Source: Micrococcus luteus NCTC 2665
GTDB taxonomy: Bacteria > Actinomycetota > Actinomycetes > Actinomycetales > Micrococcaceae
DNA: 32,000 nt
Assembly: GCF_000023205.1 (NCBI RefSeq)
Contig: NC_012803.1
Location: 1,470,001-1,502,000, forward strand
Direction of reading: 5' to 3'
The translations under genes were made by a program, and so were the position numbers. The notes under the pieces are model-generated. The model was given only the letters and a program-made list of their open reading frames with translations, was not told the DNA's origin and made no database searches. Shown one piece after another: positions 12,140-21,756 of this stretch; the first letter of the stretch is position 1, and every line of letters starts with the position of its first letter.

Positions 12140-12723
12140 GCCGTGGGCGTGGGGGGCTCGACGCGCTTCTGGGCGCGGATCTCGCGCAGCTGGCCCTCGA
12201 TGTAGGAGGTGAGGCGGCTGCGGTAGTCGGTCTCGAAGCTGCGCAGCTGCTCGACCTCGCCCTCCAGGCCGGCCCTCTCCTCGGCCAGGGCCTCGAGCGT
12301 GCGGGCCTTCTGCTCCTCGGCGTCGCTGACGAGCCGGGCCGCGGTGGCCTCGGCCTCGGCGACGAGCTCGGTGCTGCGCTGCTCGCCTGCGGCGACGTGC
12401 TCGTCATGCAGACGCTGGGCCATGGCCAGGACGCCGGCGGCGGAGGTCGCGGCCGCGTCGGCGGCCTCGGGGGCGGCGGCCGGGGCCGGCTCCTCGACGG
12501 GGGACGGCGTCTCGGCGGCCTCCGGGGTGTCTGCAGCCGGGGCGGCGCCGCCGGCGCGCAGCTCCGCATTCTCGGACTCGAGCTGCTCGTTGAGGGCGAT
12601 CAGGCGCTTGAACTCCGCCACGATCTCGTCGAGGAAGTCATCCACCTCGGTCTGGTCGTAGCCCTCGCGGAACTTCGTGGGCTGGAACTGCTTGTTGACC
12701 ACGTCTTCCCAGGACAGCGCCAT
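12136..12723 (-). CDS. divIVA: Cell-division / polar-growth protein DivIVA (Wag31 homologue), 195 aa
   Basis: Track ORF. Begins MALSWEDVVNKQFQPTKFREGYDQTEVDDFLDEIVAEFKRL, followed by an Ala/Pro/Glu-rich linker and a coiled-coil C-terminus. Confidence 0.95.
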   Translation of the reverse strand: MALSWEDVVNKQFQPTKFREGYDQTEVDDFLDEIVAEFKRLIALNEQLESENAELRAGGAAPAADTPEAAETPSPVEEPAPAAAPEAADAAATSAAGVLAMAQRLHDEHVAAGEQRSTELVAEAEATAARLVSDAEEQKARTLEALAEERAGLEGEVEQLRSFETDYRSRLTSYIEGQLREIRAQKRVEPPTPTA

Positions 12724-12823
12724 GGAACCGTCTCGCTCTCTGCTCGATGCTCGGGGACTGCCGGGCGGCCCGGCGCGTCGGCGGTCGGCGCGCCGGTGAG
12801 TGGCGACGCCGACCCTGCCGCGA

Positions 12824-12829
12824 AGACTA
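12824..12829 (-). promoter_or_regulatory. Candidate extended -10 (TGGTAGTCT on the minus strand) in the 139-bp yggT-divIVA spacer
   Basis: The reverse complement of gaagactaccacc reads gGTGGTAGTCTtc, which fits TGnTANNNT. It would give a divIVA 5' UTR of about 90 nt. This is a motif match only. Confidence 0.25.
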
Positions 12830-12862
12830 CCACCGGGGCCGACAGCCGCCCCGGGCCGCGGG

Positions 12863-13165
12863 TCAGGCCACGCCGGCCAGGCTCAGCACCAGGACCCGCA
12901 GCAGCACGACGCCGAGGAACACGATGAGGAAGGCCACGTCCAGGCCGATGCCGCCCAGGTTCACCGGCGGCACGGCACGACGCACGGGGCGCAGCAATGG
13001 ATCGGTGGCCCCGTACACGCCGCTGGCCAGCACGAGGGCCGCCCCGGTGGGGCGCCAGTGGCGGGCGAACGACTGGGTGACGTCCAGGACGATCCGCACG
13101 GTCAGCGCCGCGAGCACCACCGTCAGGGCGATGTAGGCGAGGGCGAGGAGCAGCTGCATGGGCAC
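12863..13165 (-). CDS. yggT: YggT (YlmG) family membrane protein, 98-100 aa
   Basis: Track ORF: MPMQLLLALAYIALTVVLA...GATDPLLRPVRRAVPPVNLGGIGLDVAFLIVF. It sits in the conserved position between sepF and divIVA. The ATG at 13159 (GAGG-N5-ATG) is probably the real start rather than the GTG at 13165. Confidence 0.88.
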   Translation of the reverse strand: MPMQLLLALAYIALTVVLAALTVRIVLDVTQSFARHWRPTGAALVLASGVYGATDPLLRPVRRAVPPVNLGGIGLDVAFLIVFLGVVLLRVLVLSLAGVA

Positions 13166-13166
13166 C

Positions 13167-13799
13167 TCAGTCGCCGTCGAACGGGGAGTCGGCTACGCTG
13201 GACTCGCCCTGCTCGGCGCCGACGACGTCCACGGTGGCCGGGGTCAGCAGGAACACCTTGCTGGTGATGCGGGAGATCGAGCCGTGCAGGCCGAAGACGA
13301 GGCCGGCCGCGAAGTCCACGAGGCGCTTGGCCTCGTTCTCACCGAGGTCGGTCACGTTCATGATCACGGGGACGCCGGAGCGGAAGGACTCGCCGATCGC
13401 CTTCGCGTCGTTGTAGGAGCGGGGGTGGACGGTGGACAGGGTGTGCACGGAGGCTCCTTCGGCAGACGACGCTGCGGCTCGCTTGATGGGGGTCACCGGG
13501 GCCCGGTAGCCCGGGTCGACCGGCTCGGGACGCGCCGGACGCCGGGGTTCGACGGGCTCGGCCGCGGTGGAGCCGGACGGGGTCACGGGCTCCGGCCGCT
13601 CGGCCGGCTCGGGATCGCGGACCGCAGCCGGGCGGACGGCCTCCATGTGGGGGTCGGTGTCCGGCTCCGCGGGGCGGCGCGCCTCGACGACCTCGTGTCG
13701 GGGCGCGGCCTCCCGCTCGGCGGCACGCGGCTGCTCGTCGTACTCGTCGCCGTCGGCCAAGCCGAGGTAGATCATCGTCTTCTTCAGGGCGCCAGCCAT
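13167..13799 (-). CDS. sepF: Cell division protein SepF, 210 aa
   Basis: C-terminal part of track ORF 13167..14765; the upstream part is out of frame over yggS. Starts at ATG 13799, preceded by GAAGGAAG. Sequence: [16 protein letters not shown] (the membrane-targeting helix), a Pro/Glu-rich linker, and the SepF core [64 protein letters not shown]. Confidence 0.93.
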   Translation of the reverse strand: MAGALKKTMIYLGLADGDEYDEQPRAAEREAAPRHEVVEARRPAEPDTDPHMEAVRPAAVRDPEPAERPEPVTPSGSTAAEPVEPRRPARPEPVDPGYRAPVTPIKRAAASSAEGASVHTLSTVHPRSYNDAKAIGESFRSGVPVIMNVTDLGENEAKRLVDFAAGLVFGLHGSISRITSKVFLLTPATVDVVGAEQGESSVADSPFDGD

Positions 13800-13879
13800 G
13801 AGTCTTCCTTCACCACGTCCTCCGGCCCCGGGGGCCGCCGTCGTTCGTCGTCGGTGCGCGTGCGTCCGCACGGTCCTGT

Positions 13880-13898
13880 CGCGTCCCGCCGGGACGCG
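13880..13898. other. 8-bp-stem hairpin in the yggS-sepF spacer (possible attenuator or processing site)
   Basis: cgcgtccc, loop gcc, then gggacgcg, an exact inverted repeat. Confidence 0.3.
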
Positions 13899-13909
13899 CG
13901 GGGTCAACG

Positions 13910-14698
13910 TTAGCCCACCGCGTCCCGCGCCCCCAGAACGTCGGAGCCGATGCGCACCTGTGTCGCCCCGGCGCGCACGGCCGCCTCGAGGTCCGCGCTC
14001 ATCCCCATGGACAGTGCGGTGGCCTCCGGATGCGTCTGCCGCAGGTGCGCGCCGAGTGCGGCGAGGCGGCGGAACGCGTCCTCCGGGTCCAGGCCGCGCG
14101 GTGCCACGCACATCAGCCCGCCCAGCCGCAGGCCCGGCAGGCCTGCGATGGCGTCCGTGAGGGCGGGGACGTCCTCGGGGCGGGCGCCGCCGCGCGGGCC
14201 GATCCCCTCGGGGCGGTCCTCGTCGGCGCGGTCGTCGACGTCCACCTGCACGAGGCACTCCAGGTCGGGGATCGCGGCCTCGGGCTCGCGCTCGCGCCGC
14301 AGCAGGAGCGCTCGCGAGAGCGCCTCGGCCAGTTCGGGTCGGTCCACCGACTCCACCACGGACGCGTAGCGCACCACGTACTTGGCCTTGTTGGTCTGCA
14401 GCTGGCCCACGAAGTGCCAGCGCGGGGCGTCCGCCCCCAGGGCCGCGGCGACGGCCTCGGCCTTGGGCCGGGCCTCCTGGTCGCGGTTCTCCCCCACGTC
14501 GGTCACGCCGAGGGCGGCGAGGCGCACGACGTCCTCGGCGGGGTGGGTCTTGGTCACGACGACGAGCGCGGGCTCCGCCTCGCGCCCGGCGTCCCGCGCG
14601 GCGTCGGCGAGGCGGGCGCGCACCGCGGCGAGCGCGTCGGCGATCTCCCGGGTGCGGGGGTCCGTCGGGGTCGGCCCGGCGGTGGCGGGGGCGGTCAT
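13910..14698 (-). CDS. yggS: YggS/YlmE-family pyridoxal-phosphate-binding protein, 262 aa
   Basis: Track ORF. Contains [13 protein letters not shown] (the PLP lysine context), [14 protein letters not shown] and a C-terminal [23 protein letters not shown]. An ATGA overlap joins it to the pgeF stop. Confidence 0.92.
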   Translation of the reverse strand: MTAPATAGPTPTDPRTREIADALAAVRARLADAARDAGREAEPALVVVTKTHPAEDVVRLAALGVTDVGENRDQEARPKAEAVAAALGADAPRWHFVGQLQTNKAKYVVRYASVVESVDRPELAEALSRALLLRREREPEAAIPDLECLVQVDVDDRADEDRPEGIGPRGGARPEDVPALTDAIAGLPGLRLGGLMCVAPRGLDPEDAFRRLAALGAHLRQTHPEATALSMGMSADLEAAVRAGATQVRIGSDVLGARDAVG

Positions 14699-15516
14699 GC
14701 CTCTCCTCTCGGGGTGGTGGCGTCGGGGTCGGTGTGCCAGACGAGGCCGGCGAACCTGCCCTCACCGGGCGCCCGGCGGTGCGAGAACAGGCGTTCGTCC
14801 TCGCGCGTGCACACGTCGATCGTCGCGGTGGCCACCCCGCGGGCGCGGAGGACCTGTGCGGCGCCGGCAGGCAGGTCGAGGGCGGGGGTGCCCCAGGACG
14901 TGGTGGCCGCGGTCGCCGGGAGGCGGGCGGCGGCCTCGCCGCGCATGGCGGCGGGCACCTCGTAGCAGCGGCCGCACACGCCGGGGCCGATCCAGGCGCG
15001 CAGGCCGGGACCGGTCCGGTCGGTCTCCGGGCGCAGGGAGAGCAGCCGATCGACGGTCGCCTCCAGGACGCCGTCCAGCAGCCCGCGCCGCCCGGCGTGG
15101 GCCACGGCGGTCGCGCCGGTCGTCTCGTCGACGACGACCACGGGGAGGCAGTCGGCCACCATGACGGCCAGCGGCCGGGACCCGTCGCGGCTCACGGCGG
15201 CGTCGGCCACGGGGGCCGGGGCACCGCCGCGCCCGGGTCCGTCCGCCCACACGACGTCGGCCGAGTGCACCTGGTCCAGATAGAGCGTGGCGCCCTCGGG
15301 GACCCCCATCACGCGCTCCAGGGCGCGACGGGCGGCGCTGACGCGAGCGGGCCCCTCGGCCTCGTCCGGCGGGACCACGTGCAGCGCGAGGTTGCCGGCG
15401 GCCACGGACGTCCAGGCCACGTGCACGGCGCCCGTCGCCGTGCGGACGGTCTCGCGGTGCACGAAGGGGCCGGCGGGGACCCGTGCGGTCCCGGCCGGCC
15501 CCCCCGCGGCCGTCAC
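14695..15516 (-). CDS. pgeF: YfiH/PgeF-family (DUF152, laccase-domain) protein, 273 aa, GTG start overlapping the ftsZ stop
   Basis: Track ORF. Contains [34 protein letters not shown] and [13 protein letters not shown] (the His/Cys/His site). It sits in the conserved position downstream of ftsZ. Confidence 0.9.
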   Translation of the reverse strand: MTAAGGPAGTARVPAGPFVHRETVRTATGAVHVAWTSVAAGNLALHVVPPDEAEGPARVSAARRALERVMGVPEGATLYLDQVHSADVVWADGPGRGGAPAPVADAAVSRDGSRPLAVMVADCLPVVVVDETTGATAVAHAGRRGLLDGVLEATVDRLLSLRPETDRTGPGLRAWIGPGVCGRCYEVPAAMRGEAAARLPATAATTSWGTPALDLPAGAAQVLRARGVATATIDVCTREDERLFSHRRAPGEGRFAGLVWHTDPDATTPRGEA

Positions 15517-16709
15517 TTGAGGAAGTCCGGGACGTCCAGGTCCGAGGACCCGGCGCCGAGGTCCGGCTCCACCACGGTGGGCAGGTCCTGCTGGCGGCGC
15601 GGCTGCTGCTCCTGCGGGGCCAGCGGCACGGTGCCGCGCACGGCGGGGCGCTCGGCCTGCTGCGGCTGGGCGGGGACGGGCTGCGGCTGCGCGGGGGCCG
15701 CGGCCCGCTGCGGGGCCGCCTGCTGCTGCGCGGCCTGCGGGGCGGCCGGGGCGGAGGTGACGTCCACCTTGTCGAAGCCCGCGGCGATCACGGTCACGCG
15801 CACCTCGTCGCCGAGGGCGTCGTCGATGACCGCGCCGAAGATGATGTTGGCCTCCGGGTGGGCGACCTCCTGGACGAGGCGCGCGGCCTCGTTGATCTCG
15901 AAGAGGCCGAGGTCGGAGCCGCCCTGGATGGAGAGCAGCACGCCGTACGCGCCGTCGACGGAGGCCTCGAGCAGCGGCGAGGCGATCGCCAGCTCGGCCG
16001 CCTTGACGGCGCGGTCCTCGCCCTGCGCGTGGCCGATGCCCATGAGCGCGGAGCCCGCGCCCTGCATCACGGACTTCACGTCCGCGAAGTCGAGGTTGAT
16101 CAGGCCCGGGGTGGTGATCAGGTCGGTGATGCCCTGGACGCCGGAGAGGAGCACCTGGTCCGCCTGCCGGAAGGCGTCCATGACCGAGACGTTGCGGTCC
16201 GAGATGGACAGCAGGCGGTCGTTCGGGATCACGATGAGGGTGTCGACCTCGTCCCGCAGGGCGTCGATGCCTGCCTCGGCGGAGCCGGCGCGACGGCGGC
16301 CCTCGAACGTGAACGGACGGGTCACGACGCCGATGGTCAGGGCGCCGAGCGAGCGCGCGATGCGGGCCACGACGGGCGCCCCGCCCGTGCCGGTGCCGCC
16401 GCCCTCGCCCGCGGTCACGAACACCATGTCCGCGCCCCGCAGGACCTCCTCGATCTCCTCCGCGTGGTCCTCGGCGGCCTGGCGGCCCACCTCGGGGTTC
16501 GCGCCCGCGCCGAGTCCACGGGTGAGCTCGCGGCCCACGTCCAGCTTCACGTCCGCGTCCGACATCAGCAGCGCCTGGGCGTCCGTGTTGATGGCGATGA
16601 ACTCCACGCCGCGGAGCCCCACCTCGATCATGCGGTTCACGGCGTTCACGCCGCCGCCGCCGATGCCGACGACCTTGATGACGGCCAGGTAGTTCTGGGG
16701 TGCAGCCAC
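15513..16709 (-). CDS. ftsZ: Cell division GTPase FtsZ, 398 aa (start re-set to GTG 16709)
   Basis: Track ORF 15513..16781 begins 24 codons upstream with non-conserved sequence. The GTG at 16709 gives [29 protein letters not shown], a typical FtsZ N-terminus, and is preceded by AAAGGGAACCAACACC (SD-like). It has the tubulin signature [15 protein letters not shown], a PQA-rich disordered linker, and the C-terminal peptide DLDVPDFLK. Confidence 0.95.
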   Translation of the reverse strand: MAAPQNYLAVIKVVGIGGGGVNAVNRMIEVGLRGVEFIAINTDAQALLMSDADVKLDVGRELTRGLGAGANPEVGRQAAEDHAEEIEEVLRGADMVFVTAGEGGGTGTGGAPVVARIARSLGALTIGVVTRPFTFEGRRRAGSAEAGIDALRDEVDTLIVIPNDRLLSISDRNVSVMDAFRQADQVLLSGVQGITDLITTPGLINLDFADVKSVMQGAGSALMGIGHAQGEDRAVKAAELAIASPLLEASVDGAYGVLLSIQGGSDLGLFEINEAARLVQEVAHPEANIIFGAVIDDALGDEVRVTVIAAGFDKVDVTSAPAAPQAAQQQAAPQRAAAPAQPQPVPAQPQQAERPAVRGTVPLAPQEQQPRRQQDLPTVVEPDLGAGSSDLDVPDFLK

Positions 16710-16727
16710 GGTGTTGGTTCCCTTTGT

Positions 16728-16739
16728 TCGAGATCTCGA
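16728..16739. repeat. Perfect 12-bp palindrome TCGAGATCTCGA, 19-30 nt upstream of the ftsZ start and just 5' of its SD
   Basis: Read directly from the sequence; it is self-complementary. It is 50% GC in a much more GC-rich background. Confidence 0.5.
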
Positions 16740-16790
16740 GAGGTCAGCGCGAGGCACATCGCCCCGGTGATCGGCGGCCACCCGGGGTGG

Positions 16791-16999
16791 ACACCTTCAA
16801 GCACAGCGTGAAGCGAGCCTCGCGCGCGTTCGAGTCCACCGTACTGGGAGGCCCGCGTCACGTGCAAAAGAAAACGGCGTGTCCACGCGGAAAAGGCGGC
16901 CTCCGCATCAACCTTCACGTGAGGCTCCAAGGACCAGCCGCCGCGGTACTGGCACCCCGACGCGCGCGAGACCCCGCGCCCCGACCTTCACCTTCACGT
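16791..16999 (-). repeat. Dispersed direct repeats of GTGAAGGT (minus-strand sense) in the 317-bp ftsQ-ftsZ spacer
   Basis: Plus-strand ACCTTCAC occurs exactly at 16911-16918, 16984-16991 and 16990-16997. The 10-mer ACCTTCACGT is exact at 16911 and 16990. A 7/8 copy (ACCTTCAA) lies at 16793-16800. Confidence 0.6.
16838..16867 (-). promoter_or_regulatory. Candidate ftsZ promoter: -35 TTGCAC (16867..16862), 18-nt spacer, -10 TACGGT (16843..16838)
   Basis: This is a motif match on the minus strand within the lower-GC ftsQ-ftsZ spacer. Other promoters probably exist. Confidence 0.25.
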
Positions 17000-17026
17000 T
17001 CTACTGGAGACTCCTGCGGCCCCGGT

Positions 17027-17812
17027 TCAGCGCGTGATCGGGCGCGTGGGCACGGAGACGTCGATCTCGGCGACGCCACCCTCCGCGGACCCGTGCCGCT
17101 CGTCCGCCAGGAACGCCTCGGCCACGGACCCCTTGAGGCCCGCATCCTGCGCGTCGCCCCAGACCAGGGTCACCCCGCCCTCGAGCGCCAGACGGACCTG
17201 GCCCGGGCCCCGGGAGTCGGCCGTCTCGACACGATCCGCCACGGACTCCGGCAGGGCGGCCAGCACCTCGGCCACCTCGGCGCGCTCCTCCTGCGCCCGC
17301 TGCGGCAGCTCCTCGGAGAACGCGGGGAGGTCCTCGCCCTCGAGCCGTTCCTCCGGCACTCCCGTCAGGACGGTGCCGTCCGCGAGCAGCAGCTGCACGC
17401 CGTCGCCGCCATCCCGCCGGGCCCGTGCCTCGTGCTCCCGGACCACGACCTCCAGGCCGGTGGGCAGGCGGGGCACGGCCTGGACCTCGGCCACTCCGGG
17501 CAGACCACCGACCAGCTCGCCCACACGGCCGGCGCCGACGCAGGACAGCGGCACGCCGTACACGGGCTCCAGGCGCTCCTGGACGTCGGTGGCGGAGACA
17601 TGGCGGGTGCCGGTGACCTCGACGCGGTCCACCGCGAGCACGGGCGAGAAGAACACGACCCAGCCCAGGGCGGTCAGCACCGCGAGCACCGCGGCCGCCA
17701 CACCCCAGCGCATAGCGCGGCGCCGGCGCGCGGTGCGGCCCGGGAATCGGACCACGGTGGAGGCGTCGGCCCCGGGCGGTGCGACCGGCGACGTCCCGCG
17801 GCCGAGCCTCAC
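17027..17812 (-). CDS. ftsQ: Cell division protein FtsQ (single TM + POTRA), 261 aa, GTG start overlapping the murC stop
   Basis: Track ORF. It has a basic N-terminus, a TM segment (WGVAAAVLAVLTALGWVVFF), then LAVDRVEVTGTRHVSATDVQERL (POTRA). It sits in the conserved position between murC and ftsZ. Confidence 0.88.
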   Translation of the reverse strand: MRLGRGTSPVAPPGADASTVVRFPGRTARRRRAMRWGVAAAVLAVLTALGWVVFFSPVLAVDRVEVTGTRHVSATDVQERLEPVYGVPLSCVGAGRVGELVGGLPGVAEVQAVPRLPTGLEVVVREHEARARRDGGDGVQLLLADGTVLTGVPEERLEGEDLPAFSEELPQRAQEERAEVAEVLAALPESVADRVETADSRGPGQVRLALEGGVTLVWGDAQDAGLKGSVAEAFLADERHGSAEGGVAEIDVSVPTRPITR

Positions 17813-19296
17813 GGGTGGGCGACGCCGGGCGCCGCGTCCCGGCCGAGCTCGGCCAGCACGTCCGCACCCAGGGCGGTGACGTCCCCCGCGCCCATCGTCA
17901 GGACGACGTCGCCGGCCGTGGCGCCCGCCGCGAGCGAGCGCACCGCCTCGGCGCGGTCCTCGGCGACGACACGGTCCTCGGCGGCGCCCGTGGTGAGGCG
18001 GGAGGCGATGAGGGACGAGTCGACGCCGGGCATCGGCTCCTCCCGAGCCGCGTACACGGGCAGCACGCGCACCGCGTCCGCCCCGGAGAGGGCGGCGGCG
18101 AACTCGGCGGCGAAGTCCCGGGTGCGGGAGAACAGGTGGGGCTGGAACAGGACGTGCACGCGGGCGTCGGCGGCCACGGCACGGCCGGCGGAGACCGCGG
18201 CGGCCACCTCCGTGGGATGGTGCGCGTAGTCGTCGAAGACCCGCACGCCGCGCGCGGCGCCGCGGAACTCGAAGCGGCGGGCCGTGCCCCGGAAGGCCTC
18301 CACGCCCCGCACGGCGGCCTCGAAGGCCATGCCCGCCCGGACGGCGGCCAGGACCACGGCGGCGGCGTTCAGCGCGTTGTGCCGGCCGGGCACCTGCAGG
18401 TGCAGGGTGCGCGCCGGGCCGTCCGCCATCCGGAACGTGGCGCGCTGGCCCACTCCGGTCTCGCCCGGCTCCACCGCGAGGTCGGTGACCAGCAGGTCCG
18501 GCGCCACGCCGTCACGGGGCGCCGAGCCGTAGGTCACGACGTCGGCGGCCGCGTGCTCCCGGGCCCACGCGGCCAGGTCCGCCGCGCCGGCGTCGTCGAG
18601 GCAGGCCACGAGGACCCCGCCCTGGGCGGCGGCCGGCAACCCGCCCGCGAAGTCCCGGAAGACCTGGTGCACCGCCTCCTCGGTCCCGTAGTGGTCCAGG
18701 TGGTCGGCCTCCACGGTCGTGACGATCCCGATCGTGCTCGGGTAGTTCACCAGGGTGCCGTCGGACTCGTCGGCCTCCGCGATGAACCACTCGCCCTGTC
18801 CCGCCCTGGCGTTGGTGCCGAGCCCGGCGACGGCGGCGCCGACCGCGAACGTGGGGTCCCAGCCGGCGTCGGAGAAGGCCATGGCCGCCATGGAGGACGT
18901 GGTGGTCTTCCCGTGCGTGCCGGCGACGGCCAGCACCCGGTGGCCGCGCATGGCCAGGGCAAGGCCCTCGGAACGGTGCAGCACGCGCAGTCCGCGCGCC
19001 ACGGCGGCGTCGTGCTCCGGGTTGCCCGGCCCGGCGATCGAGGAGGCGATCACCGTGGTGACGTCCCGGCCGAGGTGCGCCGCGTCGTAGCCGACCGTGA
19101 TCCGGGCGCCGCCCGCGGCGAGCTCGCGCATCACGGGCAGGTCCTTCGCGTCGGAGCCGGACACCGCGACGCCTTGCTCCTGCAGGATGCGGGCGACCCC
19201 CGACACGCCGACGCCGCCGATCCCCAGCAGGTGCACGCGGCCCAGGTCGGCGAAGCGGCCCTCGGCCGCGGGACGGGTGCTCTCGTCTCGGCTCAT
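17809..19296 (-). CDS. murC: UDP-N-acetylmuramate--L-alanine ligase MurC, 495 aa (start re-set)
   Basis: Track ORF 17809..19443 is over-extended by 49 codons into murG. The ATG at 19296 forms an ATGA overlap with the murG stop. Sequence: [38 protein letters not shown]...[13 protein letters not shown]. Confidence 0.94.
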   Translation of the reverse strand: MSRDESTRPAAEGRFADLGRVHLLGIGGVGVSGVARILQEQGVAVSGSDAKDLPVMRELAAGGARITVGYDAAHLGRDVTTVIASSIAGPGNPEHDAAVARGLRVLHRSEGLALAMRGHRVLAVAGTHGKTTTSSMAAMAFSDAGWDPTFAVGAAVAGLGTNARAGQGEWFIAEADESDGTLVNYPSTIGIVTTVEADHLDHYGTEEAVHQVFRDFAGGLPAAAQGGVLVACLDDAGAADLAAWAREHAAADVVTYGSAPRDGVAPDLLVTDLAVEPGETGVGQRATFRMADGPARTLHLQVPGRHNALNAAAVVLAAVRAGMAFEAAVRGVEAFRGTARRFEFRGAARGVRVFDDYAHHPTEVAAAVSAGRAVAADARVHVLFQPHLFSRTRDFAAEFAAALSGADAVRVLPVYAAREEPMPGVDSSLIASRLTTGAAEDRVVAEDRAEAVRSLAAGATAGDVVLTMGAGDVTALGADVLAELGRDAAPGVAHP

Positions 19297-20423
19297 CGCC
19301 GGGCTCCTTCCTGGGCGGCCGAGCGCACGAGGCCGGCCATGGTGACGTCCGCGTCCCGGACGCCGAAGCGGGCGGCCGCCTCCCCCATGCGCGCGAGACG
19401 CTCGGGGTCGGTCGCCAGCGGGATCAGCTGACGCTGCACCCATGCGCGCCCGAAGGCGTCGTCACGGACGAGCAGCGCGCCCTCCGCCTCCACCACGGGG
19501 CGGGCGTTGAGCGCCTGCTCGCCGTTGCCGATGGGCAGGGGGACGTAGACGGCGGGCAGGCCGACCGCGGACACCTCGCAGACCGTGCCGGCGCCCGAGC
19601 GGGCCACGATCAGGTCGGCGGCGGCGTAGGCCTGCTCCATGCCCGCCAAGTACTCCCGCTGGACGTAGCCGTCCCGGACCAGCAGGCTGCCGTCGTCCTC
19701 GGTGAGGGCCTTGTCCCGACCGGTCAGGTGGAACACCTGCAGACCGGCGTCCAGGAGGTCGCCCAGCGCGGCGCGCACGGTGCGGTTCACGGCCAGCGCA
19801 CCCGAGCTGCCGCCGGTCACCACGACGGTGGTCCGGTCCGGGTCCAGGCCGAGGGCCTCACGGGCGGCACGGCGGGCGGCCGCCCGGTCCAGGCCGGAGA
19901 TCTCGGGGCGCATCGGCATGCCCACCCAGCGGGCGCCGCGGAGGCGGGTGTCCGGCAGGGCGGTGCCGACGTGCGTGGCCCGCAGGGCGCCGATGCGGTT
20001 GGCCAGGCCGGGGCGGGCGTTGGCCTCGTGGACCACCACGGGCACACCGGCCCGGAACGCGGCGAGGTACACGGGCGTGGCGACGTAGCCGCCCACGCCC
20101 ACGACGACGTCGGCGCGCCGGTCCCGCAGGATCCGGGCCGCCGTGGCGACCGCGGCGCGCATGCGGGCCGGGAAGCGGACGACGTCCATCGACGGGCGGC
20201 GCGGCATCGGGACCCGGTCGATCAGGTCGAGCTCGTAGCCCGCCTCGGGGACGAGACGCGTCTCCATGCCGGAGGCGGTGCCGACCATGGTGCACTCGAC
20301 GGGTCCGCCGCCGTCGCCCTCCAGGGCGCGGGCGATCGCGAGCATCGGGGAGATGTGGCCGGCGGTGCCGCCGCCGGCCAGCACCACCCGCAGGGGTCCG
20401 GAGGGATGAGAGGTCTGCGTCAT
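19293..20423 (-). CDS. murG: Undecaprenyldiphospho-muramoylpentapeptide beta-N-acetylglucosaminyltransferase MurG, 376 aa (start re-set)
   Basis: C-terminal part of track ORF 19293..21629. The ATG at 20423 forms an ATGA overlap with the ftsW stop. Sequence: [34 protein letters not shown]...[14 protein letters not shown]...[24 protein letters not shown]. Confidence 0.94.
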   Translation of the reverse strand: MTQTSHPSGPLRVVLAGGGTAGHISPMLAIARALEGDGGGPVECTMVGTASGMETRLVPEAGYELDLIDRVPMPRRPSMDVVRFPARMRAAVATAARILRDRRADVVVGVGGYVATPVYLAAFRAGVPVVVHEANARPGLANRIGALRATHVGTALPDTRLRGARWVGMPMRPEISGLDRAAARRAAREALGLDPDRTTVVVTGGSSGALAVNRTVRAALGDLLDAGLQVFHLTGRDKALTEDDGSLLVRDGYVQREYLAGMEQAYAAADLIVARSGAGTVCEVSAVGLPAVYVPLPIGNGEQALNARPVVEAEGALLVRDDAFGRAWVQRQLIPLATDPERLARMGEAAARFGVRDADVTMAGLVRSAAQEGARR

Positions 20424-21712
20424 CGGGGCTCCTGGAGGGCGGGGGTGGGGATCACGGGGAGGGGGTCGGTGTCCGGCTCGTCCGCCTGCGGGCGGGCGTC
20501 CGGCTGCGCGGCACGGCGGCGCTCGTGACGGGCGAAGGCCAGCACGATGCCGACCGCGCTCAAGGACAGGGTGAGCGCGGAACCACCATAGGAGATGAAG
20601 GGCAGCGGGACGCCCACCACGGGGATGACCCCGGAGACCATCGCGATGTTGACGAACGCCTGACCCACCAGCCAGGCCAGGATCCCCCACGTGGACAGGC
20701 GGATGAACGTGGACGTGGTCCCGGCGGCGACGCGGTAGATGCCGATCGCCAGGCCGAGGTAGGCCAGCAGCACCACCAGCGTGCCCACGAGCCCGAGCTC
20801 CTCGCCGAGGATGGTGAAGATGAAGTCGTTCTCGGCCTCCGGGATGTAGCTCCACTTCTGGCGGGACTGGCCGAGGCCCGCGCCCCACCAGTTGCCCGAG
20901 GCCAGGGCGTACATCCCGTGCGCCGGCTGGAAGCAGGGGTCGGTGGCGTCCGAGCAGTCCCCCATCCAGGCCTGAACCCGGACCATGCGGTGCGGGGCGA
21001 GGAGGGTCAGGGCCAGGATGCCCAGCACGCTCAGCGCCAGGAAGGTGAGGAAGACCCCCCAGTGGGTGCCGGCCACGTACAGCACCGTGGCCAGCACGAT
21101 CGCGAGGATGATCGCGGTCCCGAGGTCGCTGCCCGCCATCACCAGGCCCAGCAGCAGCAGGCCGCCGGGCAGCACCGGGATCAGCGCGTGCCGCACCTGG
21201 GTGACGAGGCGGTGCTTGCGCTCCAGGACCGCCGCCGCCCACAGGGCCAGGGCGAGCTTGGCGGCCTCGGAGGGCTGCATCCGGAACCCGCCGATGCCCA
21301 GCCAGTTGCGATTGCCGCCCACGGTGACGCCGAGCGGGGAGAACGCGACCAGCGCGAGCAGGATCACGGCCACGCCGAACGCCGGCCAGGCGAGCGCCTT
21401 GAAGACGCGCACCGGCAGGCGCGAGAACACGAGCAGGGCCGCCACGCCCGCCACCGCCCAGGCGCTCTGGCGCAGGAACAGCGCGTACGAGCCGCCGCCG
21501 GTGCCGATCGCCTCGACGGAGGACGAGGAGAGCACCATCACGAGCCCCAGCACGGTGAGCAGGGCGGTGCAGCCGCTGATGAGCAGGACCGACAGGTCGA
21601 GGGCGCGGCGACCCTCGAGGACCCGCCACATCCGGTGCAGGAGCCGCTCCCGGTGCTCGGGGGCGTCGTCGTCCGCGCGGGGGCGGACCGGGCGGAGCTC
21701 GATCGGGGACAT
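20420..21712 (-). CDS. ftsW: SEDS-family peptidoglycan polymerase / cell division protein FtsW, 430 aa (434 if the GTG at 21724 is used)
   Basis: Track ORF 20420..21724. The internal ATG at 21712 is preceded by AGGAGG-GCC. It is multi-TM, with [27 protein letters not shown] and a C-terminal basic/Pro tail. Confidence 0.92.
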   Translation of the reverse strand: MSPIELRPVRPRADDDAPEHRERLLHRMWRVLEGRRALDLSVLLISGCTALLTVLGLVMVLSSSSVEAIGTGGGSYALFLRQSAWAVAGVAALLVFSRLPVRVFKALAWPAFGVAVILLALVAFSPLGVTVGGNRNWLGIGGFRMQPSEAAKLALALWAAAVLERKHRLVTQVRHALIPVLPGGLLLLGLVMAGSDLGTAIILAIVLATVLYVAGTHWGVFLTFLALSVLGILALTLLAPHRMVRVQAWMGDCSDATDPCFQPAHGMYALASGNWWGAGLGQSRQKWSYIPEAENDFIFTILGEELGLVGTLVVLLAYLGLAIGIYRVAAGTTSTFIRLSTWGILAWLVGQAFVNIAMVSGVIPVVGVPLPFISYGGSALTLSLSAVGIVLAFARHERRRAAQPDARPQADEPDTDPLPVIPTPALQEPR

Positions 21713-21756
21713 GGCCCTCCTCACGGGGGAAGCGAGACGGTCGGGTGGGCGGCGGG

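Noticed and set aside
15590-15770. Repetitive CTGCGG / CTGCTG-rich DNA that superficially looks like a tandem repeat.
   Set aside because: It is in frame within ftsZ and encodes the Pro/Gln/Ala-rich disordered C-terminal linker ([29 protein letters not shown]). The repeats are imperfect and there are no spacers, so it is neither CRISPR-like nor a VNTR with defined units. Similar low-complexity linkers occur in divIVA (about 12440-12560) and sepF (about 13480-13740).
16725-16835. TCGAAC half-sites (minus strand, at about 16734..16729 and 16835..16830) resembling the actinobacterial LexA/SOS box TCGAAC-N4-GTTCGA.
   Set aside because: Only one half-site is present in each case. The partner halves read GCGAGG and GGAACC instead of GTTCGA, so no complete palindromic SOS box exists.
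16858-16908. A possible 16-codon upstream ORF in the ftsZ leader (minus strand, GAAGGTTG-ATG: MRRPPFPRGHAVFFCT-stop).
   Set aside because: The SD-to-ATG spacing is very short, the codon usage is atypical (TTT, GTT), it overlaps the candidate promoter, and I have no conservation evidence. It cannot be supported from sequence alone.
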